Positions 1 through 15,170 of a DNA stretch of 64,000 bases are shown piece by piece (position 1 is the first letter of the stretch; each line of letters begins with the position of its first letter). The notes under the pieces are model-generated. The model did not search any database, was not told the origin of the DNA, and saw nothing but the letters and a program-made list of their open reading frames with translations. The position numbers and the translations under genes were made by a program. The stretch comes from Paramecium tetraurelia (Eukaryota), in NCBI GenBank assembly GCA_000165425.1, contig CT868052.1, positions 248,001-312,000 on the forward strand, written 5' to 3'.

Positions 1-167
1 GCAAGCACTCATTTTGGTCAAAAGTGAGAATAGTATTTTAAGAAAATATATAAACATATATACCCAATTTAAATACTTTTTAAGGTCCTTCTCTGTTTAT
101 AAATTTAAAAAGAAGCTATATCCTTACAAGAGAGATTTTGATTAAAAATAGTAATAATTATTAATAT

Positions 168-913
168 ATGGGTTAATCATCAATCACAGTTATTGATCCA
201 AATTAAAATAACAATTACTAAAGATAAAACTCAGTCTAAGAAGTTGAGGATTAAATAAAGCGAGCATTCAAATAGGCTTCCTCTTAAGGAAGATTAACGA
301 GGGACAAATTTAATGAAGCACTAGGAATATTTGAAAGCATGTAATTGAAAAGGTTGAGAGATAGTCCTTTAGCTGATAGGCTATTTTAGTTATTAGATAA
401 GGTAAAATATGCATATAGGTTTAGAATGAGGAGGGATATATAACAGAAAAAGAATACTTGGAAGGCATCACAACATTAATAAATAACAAGGATAAAAGGA
501 TTTTGTGTAATTTTATATATGGATAAAGTAGATTCCTTTTAGATGATTGACAAAAACAAAGACAATAAAATAGAATTCTAAGAGTTTTATGATTTTGTGA
601 AGGAGAGTTGGTTGAGTGCTTTTAGATTATTGGGTGAAAAGGTATGTTCAGGACAGAATTAATACCAATTGACATAATCAAAAATAAATTCTTGGGCCTA
701 AGGACAATTAAACAAGCTTTACAATTACGTCTAAGAGATTTTCATGAAGTTTGCATAATAGAGTGTATTCTATAATTTTAATATTAGTAATCGATGGACC
801 CTATAGTGTTTAAATCTTGGGTGATGAGCAATGATTTTGGGTTTATCAAGGCAGAATTGGGAAATGAATCAGTCTAGATTCCTCTTCATTTATACAGGTT
901 GGAAGAAAAGTGA
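168..913 (+). CDS. Calcineurin B-like / NCS-like EF-hand calcium sensor, probably N-myristoylated (3 short introns)
   Basis: Code 6 translation: MGQSS start; EF-hand segments DSPLADRLFQLLDKNEEGYITEKEY and YSFQMIDKNKDNKIEFQEF resemble calcineurin B; ends AAG TGA. Confidence 0.8.
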
Positions 914-941
914 AATAATAAATAATTAATCTATAAATATT

Positions 942-3051
942 ATGTATTGTGCAGATAATTATATAAGTTGCACAATCATTTACGTTTTGAACATATTTGG
1001 CTTGCTTTTGGTTTTGGGGATATTGTTCAAAAACAGGGAATATTATGTAAGAGAATGGAAAAGAATAAGACAAGTCATTAAGGATTACACTATGTAAGAA
1101 AAAGTAATAAGATTATCATAGAGATTATCGAAGTGATGGAAATCTCCCAATATTTGCAAAGTTTGTAGGTGTATTAATGGGTTTTAGCATCTTAATAATA
1201 GCAAGCATAGTTTCTGTATTAAATTTCATATATATCAAAGATAATTATGTGGGACATGAGTTTCGGATTTATGGAAATTTCCAATATATTTGTATGGACT
1301 TTATGTGCATTCCTATTTTACATCGATTATCGTTCTATTTTCAAATTTTCTAAGTATTAAATTCCTTATAATTCAGACAATTGCGTCTGGCTTTAGCCAT
1401 TATATTGATTATTTAGTTGTCTTCAGGCATAGTATTTGGAATAGAGAGGAACTTAGAAAAGGAAAATAGGGGATTTGATGAATTAACCGTTGAAGCATCA
1501 GTTTATTTATGCAATTTCGTAATCATGCTTGTTATTAATGTAATAAGCCTATTCTTTCCAAAGTTTGATTATTAAAAGGTTAGCAAGAATAGCGATGACA
1601 ATATATTTATCAGAGTCAATAGTTTACAACAACATTTGGTGAATGATGATTCACTATCTTCATCAAGTTCTAGAAATAATTCAATTGTCACTCCAAATCA
1701 AAGACAATCAATATCTAAGACCCCAAAGAGAAGCTAATCATTTTTAGATTAGTTAGAGGAATTAACCAAAGAGGAGGGATCTTAAAGTTCCATAGGATCA
1801 GGCATACAAAAATAAAAATAGGAATAATCAGGAATAATAGATACAACTTATGGGTTAAAGAAGGAAGATGAGGCTATTTAAAAGGAGAAAGAACAAAAAG
1901 AATTGATGAGTTAAATTATGGATATGCACAAATAGTTAGATGAAAAGTTAAACAAATTAAAATAGGATAATGAAGTCAATTAATAGTAATAAAAATTACC
2001 TCAACAATAAGAAAATGAGCAAATAAATTAGGAGTAAAATGTCAATTAAGAACAATTATCTCAATAGAAATAATAGGAAGTAATTTTAAAATCTAAATAT
2101 GAAATTCAAACCATAAAAATTGAAGGATTTGAAGAAATTAAAAAATAAGGGAAAAGATTCATATATTTCAAGATATTCTATTTTTCTAATTCTAAATAAA
2201 GGCAGGTAAGAACTGAACATAATTTGAAAGAATTTTAATAATTAAGATTAGCCTTATAATAAATATATGTGGATCATTCATTTCCAGAAATACCAGAGAG
2301 AAAGCCCAATGAAAGATTGAGTGGTAAAGAAGTCGCAAGTAGAAGTGAAGCCCTCGAAAAATTTTTATAGTTTATAGTTAAACATCAGATGCAATGTCCA
2401 ACATTAGATAAATTCTTAGAGGAAACCTCAGGTCCTATTCATGTGGAGGATGACAGTATATTGTTTACTTATATTTTAGAGGAAGCTAATATAGATCAAG
2501 TATTAAAAGATAAATCATTTGACGACTTTTTGGAAGTAAGAAAGGCGAGCGTAGCATCAAAACAAAGTTATCTAGAGAAAGATTACAACGACGATAGTTT
2601 TGATCCAAAAAGTAGCATGGCCGCTTCCTCTTATGATTAGTCATAGTTTTTTTAACGCAATAATGATCGATTTTCAACTACTATAACATAAGGAGGGGGA
2701 AATGGGCACAAATTCATAATTAAGGAGGTTAAAACGCTATAATAAACTACTGTATGAAATAATAATAACTTAGTATTATAAAATTGAGGCATTAATAAAT
2801 GGACAGACAGTGGCAACAGCTTAAAAGAGGTATAATGAATTTAAGGAGTTGTACAAAAAAGTAAGAATGATTTAACTTTTTAGTTGCTGGACAGGTAATA
2901 CTAAATTCCTTCTTTGCCTAATGAGCCACCTTCAAAATAATAAGATGTTGTTTCCTATAGATAAGAGGCTTTAGCTTAATTTTTAAATACATTGTATTAA
3001 AATAAATCAGTAAAAACAAATATGGTTTTTAAAGACTTTGTAGGTATTTGA
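942..3051 (+). CDS. Multi-pass membrane protein with two C-terminal PX domains
   Basis: Several hydrophobic segments in the first ~200 aa, then a Gln/Glu-rich linker; PX-like motifs HNLKEFQQLRLAL...FPEIPERK...RSEALEKFL and KRYNEFKELYKKL...IPSLP...RQEALAQFL; ends ATT TGA. Confidence 0.8.
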
Positions 3052-3085
3052 TAATGTATCATAATCAATAAAAAACAAATATATT

Positions 3086-3675
3086 TCACAAACCAATACC
3101 TTTTTATTTTTATCTTTGCATTGCCCTTTTGTATTGTAACTCTAATTCTTTATTTCTCTTTTCAATTTCTTCCTTTTACTTCTCCTATTCATCATCATCT
3201 GATTCATTTTTAGCTCCCATTAATTTTTTAAGTTTATCTTGATTTTCTTTGCTTAATCCTCCCATGTTCCAAATTTTTTGTTTTTTTTATTATTCTTGGT
3301 TAGCCTTGTTTTATTAAGTTTTCTTTTATGAACTTGATCTACTTCTTGATCTCGAAAGTTCTACATCACTCTCTATAGTTTCGAATTATATCTCAAGTTC
3401 AGATTCATATTCACCTAATTTCATTTCATTCCTTCCCTCAACAAAACTAATTAATTTGGTTTTATTGCTCTATTGTTAATTTCAGTTCCATTAGCAGATC
3501 CCAAATCTTATATGGTGATACTAGATTTGCCCACAATCAATTTCGCATGTTGTCTGCTAATTGATTCACTTTTAATTAGTATCGATGCCTAAGCCTTGCT
3601 CCTTCCAAGTATATATTCTTTTCTTTTCAACTTTATTTTTTTATCAGAAAAAATTAAGTAAAACTATTTAGCCAT
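3086..3675 (-). CDS. FHA + RS-rich + SMAP-like protein, with a one-base frameshift at about 3421-3426
   Basis: FHA motifs ILGRS, SISRQHA, QDLGSANGTEIN; SRSRSRS; C-terminal QDKLKKLMGAK...ELELQYKRAM...GIGL; the span is 590 nt (not a multiple of 3) and no plausible intron rescues it. Confidence 0.8.
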
Positions 3676-3844
3676 TTATTAATTTTATAATTATTGTCTT
3701 TGACAAATAGTTTTTGAGTTTAACAATTTTGTTATTTAAAGATTTTAATTGTTCTACTTTTTTGTATGCAAATAATATGGTTCATAAAGTGTGGAATTTA
3801 TTCGTTATATAATTAAAATCAATTACAATCAAATTTAAAATATA

Positions 3845-5031
3845 ATGAGTTAAGAAGTATAGGAGCTATAAGAAGCATTAGAGTATTAGGTCGATGTTGT
3901 ATTGAGACTTGAGGATGAACGATTACTACTATAAAAAGAGAATAATATACAAAAGTAATTAAATATGTAAATTTGAGGGAAAAGTTGAAAGAATTGAATA
4001 CAATGTTGCAAAAGTACCTTGGATAATAATTACTTTGTATTGAAAAACACACCTAAACTGAATTGCAAGTAAAGTAGAACTTTGATGTACAAACACAAGA
4101 AGATGAAATCATTTCAGACTATTCACTAAGTAATTCCACAGTATCAGTGATCAATTAACAATCCTTTACTTAATAGTAGGATTAATCAAATTCTTCTAAA
4201 TTATTGGATTAAGCAAAATCATTAGTGAAGTAATCTGCTTCAAGAATCCCAGCAAAAAAATTAAAATTTTGTGGAGATAATTATAAAGAGAATAAGGATA
4301 TTAAGGACAATTAAGAAAAAAAAGAAGTAAAACCAGCAAACACAAAACAATTAGATTCTTAAAGTGAAGCATTAACTAGAGAGATTGTTAATTTAACCAA
4401 ATAATTACAATAATTAAAAGTATTTCATCATTCTATAAAAGTTACAATAAAGAAGTTCATAAGACACAATTAAAAAATATGAAAAAGACAGTAGTGAATT
4501 AGTTAAATTATTAGAAGTGAAAAATGAAATGTTAAACAAGTTAAGAAATGAAAATGCAGAAATGGCTATTATAATTAATTAGGATAAATTTAAAAGTGTC
4601 CGCTAGTTAGATTAAGAGTTAAAAAAAGAGAGGGATGATAAAGTTAAATTTTAAGCATTAGCTACTTAAAAAACAGAAGAAAATTAACATTTAGTGGAAG
4701 AACTTAAGTAATTCAGAGAAGTTTTATCAAAATTAACTTATGAATTTGAAAAATATAGAAGCACGTAAGTTATTTATCTTAATGTAGATATAATCAAAGC
4801 AACGTGAGTCAATCTAAAATAGAAGCAGTAGATACTACTTTCTATTAGGAAGAATTAAAAATTAAAGCTTCCACTATAAATGAATTAAAATTGTAAAACT
4901 AGTAGTTACAAGAAGAAGTCGACTACTTTAGAAGCTTAAGCTTGCAACAAAAGAAGATTGCAGAAAAATAAGAAGAAGACTTAGACTTTTATAGAGAAAT
5001 CCTAATTAAGCATAAAATAATTAAATAATGA
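3845..5031 (+). CDS. Coiled-coil protein of unknown function (3 short introns)
   Basis: Continuous code 6 frame MSQEVQELQEALEYQ... rich in E/Q/K/L heptads; ends TAA TGA. Confidence 0.7.
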
Positions 5032-5690
5032 AACTAAATTTATTCTATTAATAAATTTTTCTTTATTTTTTTTTAGTTGAATTTCCATTTCAAGAATACA
5101 TCAATATATTATTCAGATATACTAATTGATTAAATCTAAACTCTCGATATTAAATAAGTTATAAAATATTTAGAATAAAATCAGAACTTAGCTAATTCAT
5201 TAAGAGTATATATGATGAAAAAATAATAATAAAACCTGCAAACCTATTAAGAGAAATTTATAAGTATTATTTGTGTAATAAAGAATAAATAGTATGTATT
5301 TTTAACTTTGATAATATTAGATAAAACATAACAATAGTGTTATCAGGATTACTATTTTTGAACAACTTTTCACGTGTGAACTATATAATTTTTAGATATA
5401 TGATGCGGAATAAGAGAATTAATTTGATAATTTTTTGTATATTAATAAAATTTATTCTAAAAAATCAAAGTTAAAAATGATGATTTTATTAGATTGCCCT
5501 TAAATATTTAATCAGAGAACATGGGTGAGTAATTTAAAAACTATTTATGTGCTATAATAAACCAGATCTTCCATCTCCTTATGTTCATGAATTTTAATTC
5601 GGATTGATAAGAACAACTTGAAAACTTTAAGTAATTATACTTCTTATATATATAATTTATGTGTGTGTGTCTAATATTGAACAAATGAAA

Positions 5691-6127
5691 TCATTCTTTC
5701 TTTTCTTCTGCTCTTACTTTACCTTTTCCATTTGTTAATCTTACATTAAGTTCAGCTGCTCTTCTGACAAGAGTTGCTCTTTTTCTTGCAGATAGATTAT
5801 GAGCTAATTCACCTGCAAATACTCTGTTGTTAGTAAGCAATAATTCAAGATCTTTTTCATTTGTGATTAATAATTTTCTGAAACCAGCTTAGTCTAAATA
5901 TCTATATTGCTTTATTTGATTAAATACCTTGTTTTTTTATCGCCTCTATATCCTGATTTTGGCATAGGTCTGTTGCCTCTAAATCTTCTTCTGACTCTGT
6001 TATCAATACCTCTTGGTCTTCTCCAACTTGGTCTTAATTTATGTGGATAATCCTCTGATTCGAATCTAATAAATCTCTTTGTTCTCTTATGTACAATTTT
6101 TTTGTGAGCAAGTGATTTGACAACCAT
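5691..6127 (-). CDS. RPL32: 60S ribosomal protein L32 (eL32)
   Basis: [16 protein letters not shown]...[17 protein letters not shown]...; after a 26-nt intron at 5902-5927 it continues [22 protein letters not shown]...AHNLSARKR...VRLTNGKGK. Confidence 0.97.
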
Positions 6128-6940
6128 TTTTAATTAAATAAAGATTTTAATTCAAATAATCATCTTCATTCCCAGTAATAATAAAAATGAGTATTATGTG
6201 CCCTTGTATGAAGAAGGAGACTCAAAGCCAGAAAATAGTTAAACATTTTCATAAAACTATTATCATGATATATTTAATGTAGTCAATTCAACCAATACTT
6301 TTTCACTTTCTCAATATTTAATCTCAGAATCGCTATTGATAAAACTAATAGTTCTCACTGAAAATCTCTAGATTGAAGCAGTATCTCTCTATTCTATTAA
6401 TATCAGTATAGTTTTGAACAGGAATATTAGATTTAAAATAAAATAAAGTTCACATTTTTATTTCTATTTATACTCTTGATTCTCAAGCAAATATTATCTC
6501 AAAACATCCTTAATTTTAAGATTTATTAATTTCTCTAAAACATAAATCCAAATTCCTCAAAAAATTTGCAATCCTTAAAATATTCTTGAATTTTTTAATG
6601 TGTCTTCAATAATAGGAAAGCGAATCATAGGTTCATCAAAAATTAGTTTTGTATAAATTCTTTGGTATTATCATTTTTGATTTATAAATAAATTTCTTCT
6701 TTCAAGTAAAATTTATTATCAATAATTCACACTGAATATGATTCGGATTACTTTTATATTAATTTATACTAAATGATACCAAAATGACCTTTTCTCTGAT
6801 TATGGAGTTCAAAATATTTCTTTATGTGGAACAAGAATAACTAAATAAAATAGATTAGAGTAGAGATTAAAGTATAATTATTTGTACATTTATAAATTCA
6901 ATTCTTTGTACTTTAAATTTTTATATAATATTTTAATAAT

Positions 6941-8075
6941 ATGGATAATGTTGAGAGTATAATTACAGAAATCTTCAAAAATGAGATTTAGATTAAAAGA
7001 ATTAAAAAGGGTAATTTAAATTAATATCCTAGAACTTTAATCAATTGAATAATTGTAGAAAGAAGATTTTAAAATAACATTAAAAGCACTAAGCCCTAAT
7101 TTATAAATCATTGTAAACATTTTAATGAATTAGATCGAAATGCCTCCTATAAGATAATTAAATTAATAACAACCAATTAAATTTGCATTATATTTAGATA
7201 ATAGATTTCCTTTTGTCTTTCCAAAAGTGCATATATTAAGCTAAGTAATTATTAAAATCATCAAAGATCACCAAACCATCCTTGTCTGATGGTCGAGACT
7301 ATTTAGAAAATATTATCTAAGGACACTGGAGCCCTTAAATATTGCTCTATGATATAATAAAAATATTTCCATAATTCTTGGTAATATTATTTATTCTAAT
7401 GAAAGGAAACAATTAAAAAAAGTCAAAATGATAGAGACTATCTGTTGCAATTAGGAAAATACTATGAGAATTAGGAGTTCGATATAAGAATTGGCTTAGA
7501 AAATGTTGAATATTTGCAGTGTAAATAAATAATTAATGGAAAATAATATCCAAGAACGCTTTTAGTTAGCGATAGTCACCTACTAAATTTTGAATATTAG
7601 AGCAAAGAGTTGATGCTACTCAATTATTTTAGTATGAAAAACCTACAAGATATCCAGAAAATTTAAAAAAATATATTATTGAACTGGTAAATAAATGATG
7701 GTAGCTTAATTGTTTAAACTTTGACCTCAGCTAATATAAATTAGCTTCATAATTCTATAAACTCCAATAAACTAGGATAGACTGCAAGAAGACTTAACAA
7801 AGATGATGTGACATTACAAAAATTTGAAACCATTTAAATTAATGAACTATTGTAATAATTAAGTTTAAATGAGGTAGAATTGTCTAAGAACCTCAATAAA
7901 ATCTCTTTAAATAATTTAATGGCTTCATATTAATAAGTATATCATTTATAAATCGTAGGCTATTGAATATTATTCAGTATTTTCAGATGAAGACTACAAA
8001 TAATATGTTACTCGTCTTTAAACCTTACTTGGGAGAGAGGATGTATAAACTATCTTAGCTAGTCCTGTTAAATGA
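6941..8075 (+). CDS. UBC/UEV-like N-terminal domain protein with a possible PH-like middle region
   Basis: LYLDNRFPFVFPKVHI...PSLSDGRDYLENIIQGHWSPQILLYDII matches the E2 fold pattern (FP..P.V, WSP) but has no catalytic Cys; several short introns; ends AAA TGA. Confidence 0.65.
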
Positions 8076-8728
8076 TTTTATTTTTTATAAGTGTCATTAT
8101 ATAGATGCTTTTTCATTTAGATATAAATAAAATCCAAGATTTTTATTAATCAATAACGAGAATAAACAAAGCCCAAACATTAGAAATACTTGAAATATGA
8201 CTTCTTATGATATTTTTACATAAGCAAACTGTAGTGAATACCAACTCACCTCAATTTATGTGGTTCAAAACAAATATATTTTAATTTGATTTTATTATTT
8301 TATATAAGATAATTAATTTATTATCTATTATTCTATTCTCCTTTTAATCATCAACATTGCCTATAGCAAGTTGCCTAGATAAATTACGAGTATGTGTTTA
8401 ATCCCTTTTGTAATTTTATACGAGAAATATAATTGCAATAATCCCTATCGTAATGAAACATTATAAGTTTTTATTTTATATTATTGATAATAAGAATAGG
8501 ATTATATATAAAGGATATGAAGTGAAATTAAACATAATTTCAATTCTATTGAACTAGTTACAATATTAACAGAAGAATAGAGATTAAAAAAAAAGCAAAA
8601 GAAAAAATACTTGAACAGAAATATATATAATTCCTAATAGAAATGGGACTTTTTTTTTTTTTAATTGCTATATCAAATGAATTTAAGCCTAATTATTTCT
8701 CTCTTATGAAAAGAATATTTAATTTATC

Positions 8729-9505
8729 ATGGCAGAAAACAAGCCTATCAATGCAAAGATAAAAATCGTAAAGACAAACCATCAAATCAGTTCTTCTGCT
8801 GCCAATCCTCATAATACTTATTTAGATGGAAGAGAAGCTTAAGAATTATCATAGTCTAATCGTCCTGAATTCCCAAGCGATATTAATATATATAGCAATA
8901 TTCTTGAATGGTATATTAGAACATTAGGGGACGAACTCTATAAATTAGCATTTATTAATAAAGAGAAATACTATAGAATTAAAGTCTTTTGGCCCTAAGA
9001 TTATGAAGCTTTTTTATTAAATGATCCTAAAAATACAATGTAGGTTGAAAATGCAAACTAACAGAGACCTAAACAAATAGATAATGTTAGATATTATCTG
9101 AATCAATTCTAAGGTTTTGAAATTGAAGATTATTTTGACATTATAATCTTTCCAAAAATTGATAAGGCATAAAATAATGGATAGAGATTATAGTTAAGGG
9201 TTCTAGTCAATCCATTTACTTATTATATACAAGAATATTCTGAATAAAAATTTTAAATGGAAGCAACTTATTCTAAAATTGAGGGTCTTGAGTTATTTGT
9301 AGAGTATGAATCTAAACTATTTTTTACAAATACCATAGATATTTTATAAGAATTAACTAATCACATTTTATAAAAATACGTTTTAAGATAGGAGTATTAA
9401 TAAGATAAGATAAAAATAACAATGGATTAATTGAGAAATAGAATGGCACCCATAATAAAAGAAGAAACAAGAGTAGTTCTATATGAATTATATAAAGATT
9501 TATGA
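8729..9505 (+). CDS. Hypothetical protein, 258 aa, intronless
   Basis: 777-nt code 6 ORF MAENKPINAKIK...ELYKDL* with globular-looking composition and no recognised domain. Confidence 0.7.
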
Positions 9506-11296
9506 AATTCATCATTATAAATTAATTTAAGTTACAATAGCTATTAATTATACTCATATTAAAGTTTAGAGTTATGAATATTGTTAAATGTCTTATAGAT
9601 TTATTATTTAATATTGTTTTTTATGAAAATGAACATCTCAAATCTATAGTTTTTATCAATATTACAAGAAATTTTATAAAAGAAAATCAAATGAATAACC
9701 CCATTTTCATTGAAAATTTATTAGTATTTCTTATGATAGAAAGAAATACTGATTTAAAGATATGAAATAAATTAATATTTTAGGAGGATTACATGAAAGG
9801 AGAAATTATTACAGATTGATTAATTTAAAATAAAAATTTTGAGCCTGGTTTTGATATTGTACAATATTAACATTGCTGGTAATTAAATCTTTTTTGAATG
9901 ACTTTAATATGTTAAAATTTTATAATGATTAGAATATTCAAATTGAAATTTACTTAGTTTATGTTAAAATCTTTATCAAAAGTTATTAAAGGAAATTATG
10001 CTGATCTCTAATGTAATGAAAATAATAAAAAAAAACCTAATTTGGTTGCTTTACAAAATAATTTAAATTGATAAATTAATGTTGGATAGAAAATTAGTAA
10101 CATTAAAATGATTATCTTGAAAAATGATAAATTTTGAAGATAATCAAGGATGATGTAATTAAAATTTACATTATCTTTCCAGTAAATATTATAAATTGAT
10201 AAAAAGGCTTAATTTAGAGTATCAATATCATTAAAGAAAATTCTACTATGCCTTTTTTTTGCAGAGAATCATATTTTATTAATTGCAATTAACCAACTCA
10301 TGATATATAATTTTAGATTAGGATGATTGATAAAATCTCCTAATTCTTTGTATAGCAAAGTTAAAAAGCTAATAATTAACAAAAATAAATATATCCAAAA
10401 AAAAATGTTTAATTTAAAATGAATAATCATATTATTAAATTTTATTCTTAAAAATAATTCTATTATCAATTTATTGCAAATTCATTTCCTCTACCTAAGT
10501 AAACTCTGAATTTTCTTTAGTTAACATAAATCTTAGATTTAGAATTATTGAAATAATTCGATTTAAACATGCTTCTTGTTTCTTTTATCCTAAAAATATA
10601 TAATAAAGGCTATAACCCATCTAATATCTCTAAAAAACAAGCATATTAATCAAAAAGATTGTTCTGAGATGATTTTATATTTCATTTGTTTTTTAAAAAA
10701 TACTAGTCATATTTTACTTTTGAGATTTAACAAAAATTTATTCATCATTTACTCTAGATGATGAAGATTTTCTTATTAAAATAGTATTTTATTAAGATTT
10801 CAGAAAATTTGATAGCTTATGAATTTTTAGATAACCTAATACTAGGATTATATAAGATGAAAAAGGTCTAATAAAAGTGCAAATTTTAATTAAAAGAATA
10901 AGAATCTTAGGAAAATATAAAGTTTTTATGAAGTTAATATTTTTAGGTTTAATGAAGAATGATTTGAGTTCTTGTAAAATTGAGATTCCTAATTACTTTT
11001 GGGAATTGGGTAAATTTTAGAATTTTAAGCATATATATAATTAACAATAGAATTAATTAATAAATCAAATTCTTAATAATAATAAGAACAAAGAAGTTTG
11101 TAATCGTGTTCATTAAAAATCAAAGGTCATTAGACTTCATCAATGTAAATTTATCTAAAATTAGAGTGTTTTACAATAGAACAAAGGGTTTTTAAATGAA
11201 ACTTAAATTTTATAAAAATAAAACAATTTTTACATGTTTGTTTGTTATTTTTTGTATAAATTCAAAATAAAATAAAAATTAATATAAATATCGTTA

Positions 11297-13268
<1,972 letters not shown>

Positions 13269-13429
13269 ACTTATTTTATATTTATTTAATTTAAATTATT
13301 TAATAAATATTACATACTTAGATCTTAAAATAATAATCTATTCAATTGTATGTTTTGATAGTTAGCAATATTATAAGTATTTAATTTGAATCAATAATTC
13401 ATCATTATATATATTTTCAAATTTTAATA

Positions 13430-14609
13430 ATGTAGGAGTTAACAGAACTTAAGAACTTAGTTATACAATCTCTTGAGGCTAATGGATCTCTAGCAAAAAT
13501 AAGAGCTTAGATAAGGGCCTCTGTCTTTAATGTAGTTGATCAATAGGAAGGCAATAATAAAAAACCATCTCCATTTTTTTGGGAAAATAACAAAGCCCAA
13601 ACTATTTATGAACTAGGATGTGGAAGAGATATGCTAGAATTAATTAAAGAATTTTTTATATTTTTTGAAATGCACTACACAAACTCGATCTTTTCGAGGT
13701 ATTGAGTATCAATACAATTATAGTGAGAGCAACTTAAGAGAGGAAATCAATAGAGATTAGATTGCAAAAAAATTGAATATAGATGCCACTGATTCAACTA
13801 AGCCATTATTATACTTCTTGCTAAAAAATAGATAGCCTGAAAAAAAATCGTATTTTTTAAATTGCATTTTATATTAGGGAAGAAAAAGTGTAACCATAAA
13901 AATTTGCACAACCCTCCCCCAAAGAAGTACAAATATAGTAATAGTAATAACAATAATAAAAATTGCAAGATCAAAAACTCTAAGAATAAAAGAGACAGGA
14001 TGAATAAAAGAAGTAAGAGGAATTGAAAAAGTTGGAAGAACAAAAAAAGCAGGATGAGTAAAGAAAATTAGATGAATAAAAAAGATAATAATAAGAAGAA
14101 CAACGAAGAATTGAAGATTAGAAAAAAGATTAGTTAAGAAAACAATAAGAGGAATAACGAAAAATGGAAGAATTAAAAAAATAATAAGATTAATAAAAAC
14201 TTGAATAGCAAAAATAAGAATAACAAAGATTAGAACATTAAAAATAAGAATAATAAAAAAAGGAATAGGAAAAATTGAAAGAATAATAAAAATAACAGGA
14301 ATTGCTAAAATAATAACAAGAAAAAGAGAAACTTGAAGCAGAAAAGAGAAAAGTCCAAGCTAAAAAATTCGAACATAGAAACTATGAGGATGAAAAGTTT
14401 GATAATGAGGACTTAGAAGAATAATTAGAAGGAGAAGTATATATATTATAGTATGAAAGGATTTGAGAGATTCTTAATTGCAATAAGATTAGTTTTAAGA
14501 GTCGGATGAATACATGCAATAATCATAATCATAAGGAATAGACATGACTGTTGATTCTGAAGCATTGAATGAATTCGATTATTATGAAGATATAGAAGAT
14601 ATGGATTGA
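13430..14609 (+). CDS. FOP/CEP43 (FGFR1OP)-like basal body protein
   Basis: ELKNLVIQSLEANGSLAKIRAQIRASVF N-terminal TOF motif, LisH-like LIKEFFIFFEMHYTNSIF, PLLYFLL, and C-terminal DMTVDSEALNEFDYYEDIE. Confidence 0.85.
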
Positions 14610-15170
14610 TTCCGATTGCTTACCAAATACAATAATTTATTTTTAATTTCGTTAAGATTAACACTTTCAATTTCTTATCTTTTACATCACTAAAATTTAA
14701 TTATGAATTAATAATTATAATTGTTCTACTCACTTTCCTTTAAATTTAATTTTAGAATTTAATCTTGAGTTAAATTTGTCTCATAATCTAAATTTTCTTT
14801 CTAAAAATTAAATTTCTATTAAAATTAAATTTCTATGAGTCTTTTGTTGATTTAAATTTAGAATAAAATAAAGAAGGATAATAATGAATCACTGGGTAAA
14901 TTAAAAGTATTTAAATAATATATTAAGCCATAAAGCACTCTTTTTCTCTAATGTAACTTTTACCTTATCAAATATAGATTAAAGTATTTGTTTTTCAATA
15001 AATAAATAATTTATTGGTTAAAACAATGTTATAAAAGCTCTTAGATATTTTAAATTTAGAATGAGTCTATTTTAAGTTAAAAGTGTCAGAATTTAATATG
15101 ATTACAATCACCGGACTGAAACTTTAATTATGGAAGTATTTTATAATAAATTTAAACATAATAATAAATA

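Noticed and set aside
5200..5560. ATGATGA box C-like motifs in the spacer downstream of RPL32
   Set aside because: There is no matching CTGA D box on the same strand and no terminal stem, and the motif is common in AT-rich DNA.
5660..5670. (GT)5 microsatellite just downstream of the RPL32 stop
   Set aside because: Too short to support any function.
13940..14340. Dense TAA/CAA/GAA trinucleotide repeats resembling a repeat array
   Set aside because: This is the Gln/Glu/Lys-rich coiled-coil coding sequence of FOP/CEP43, with no repeat-spacer structure.
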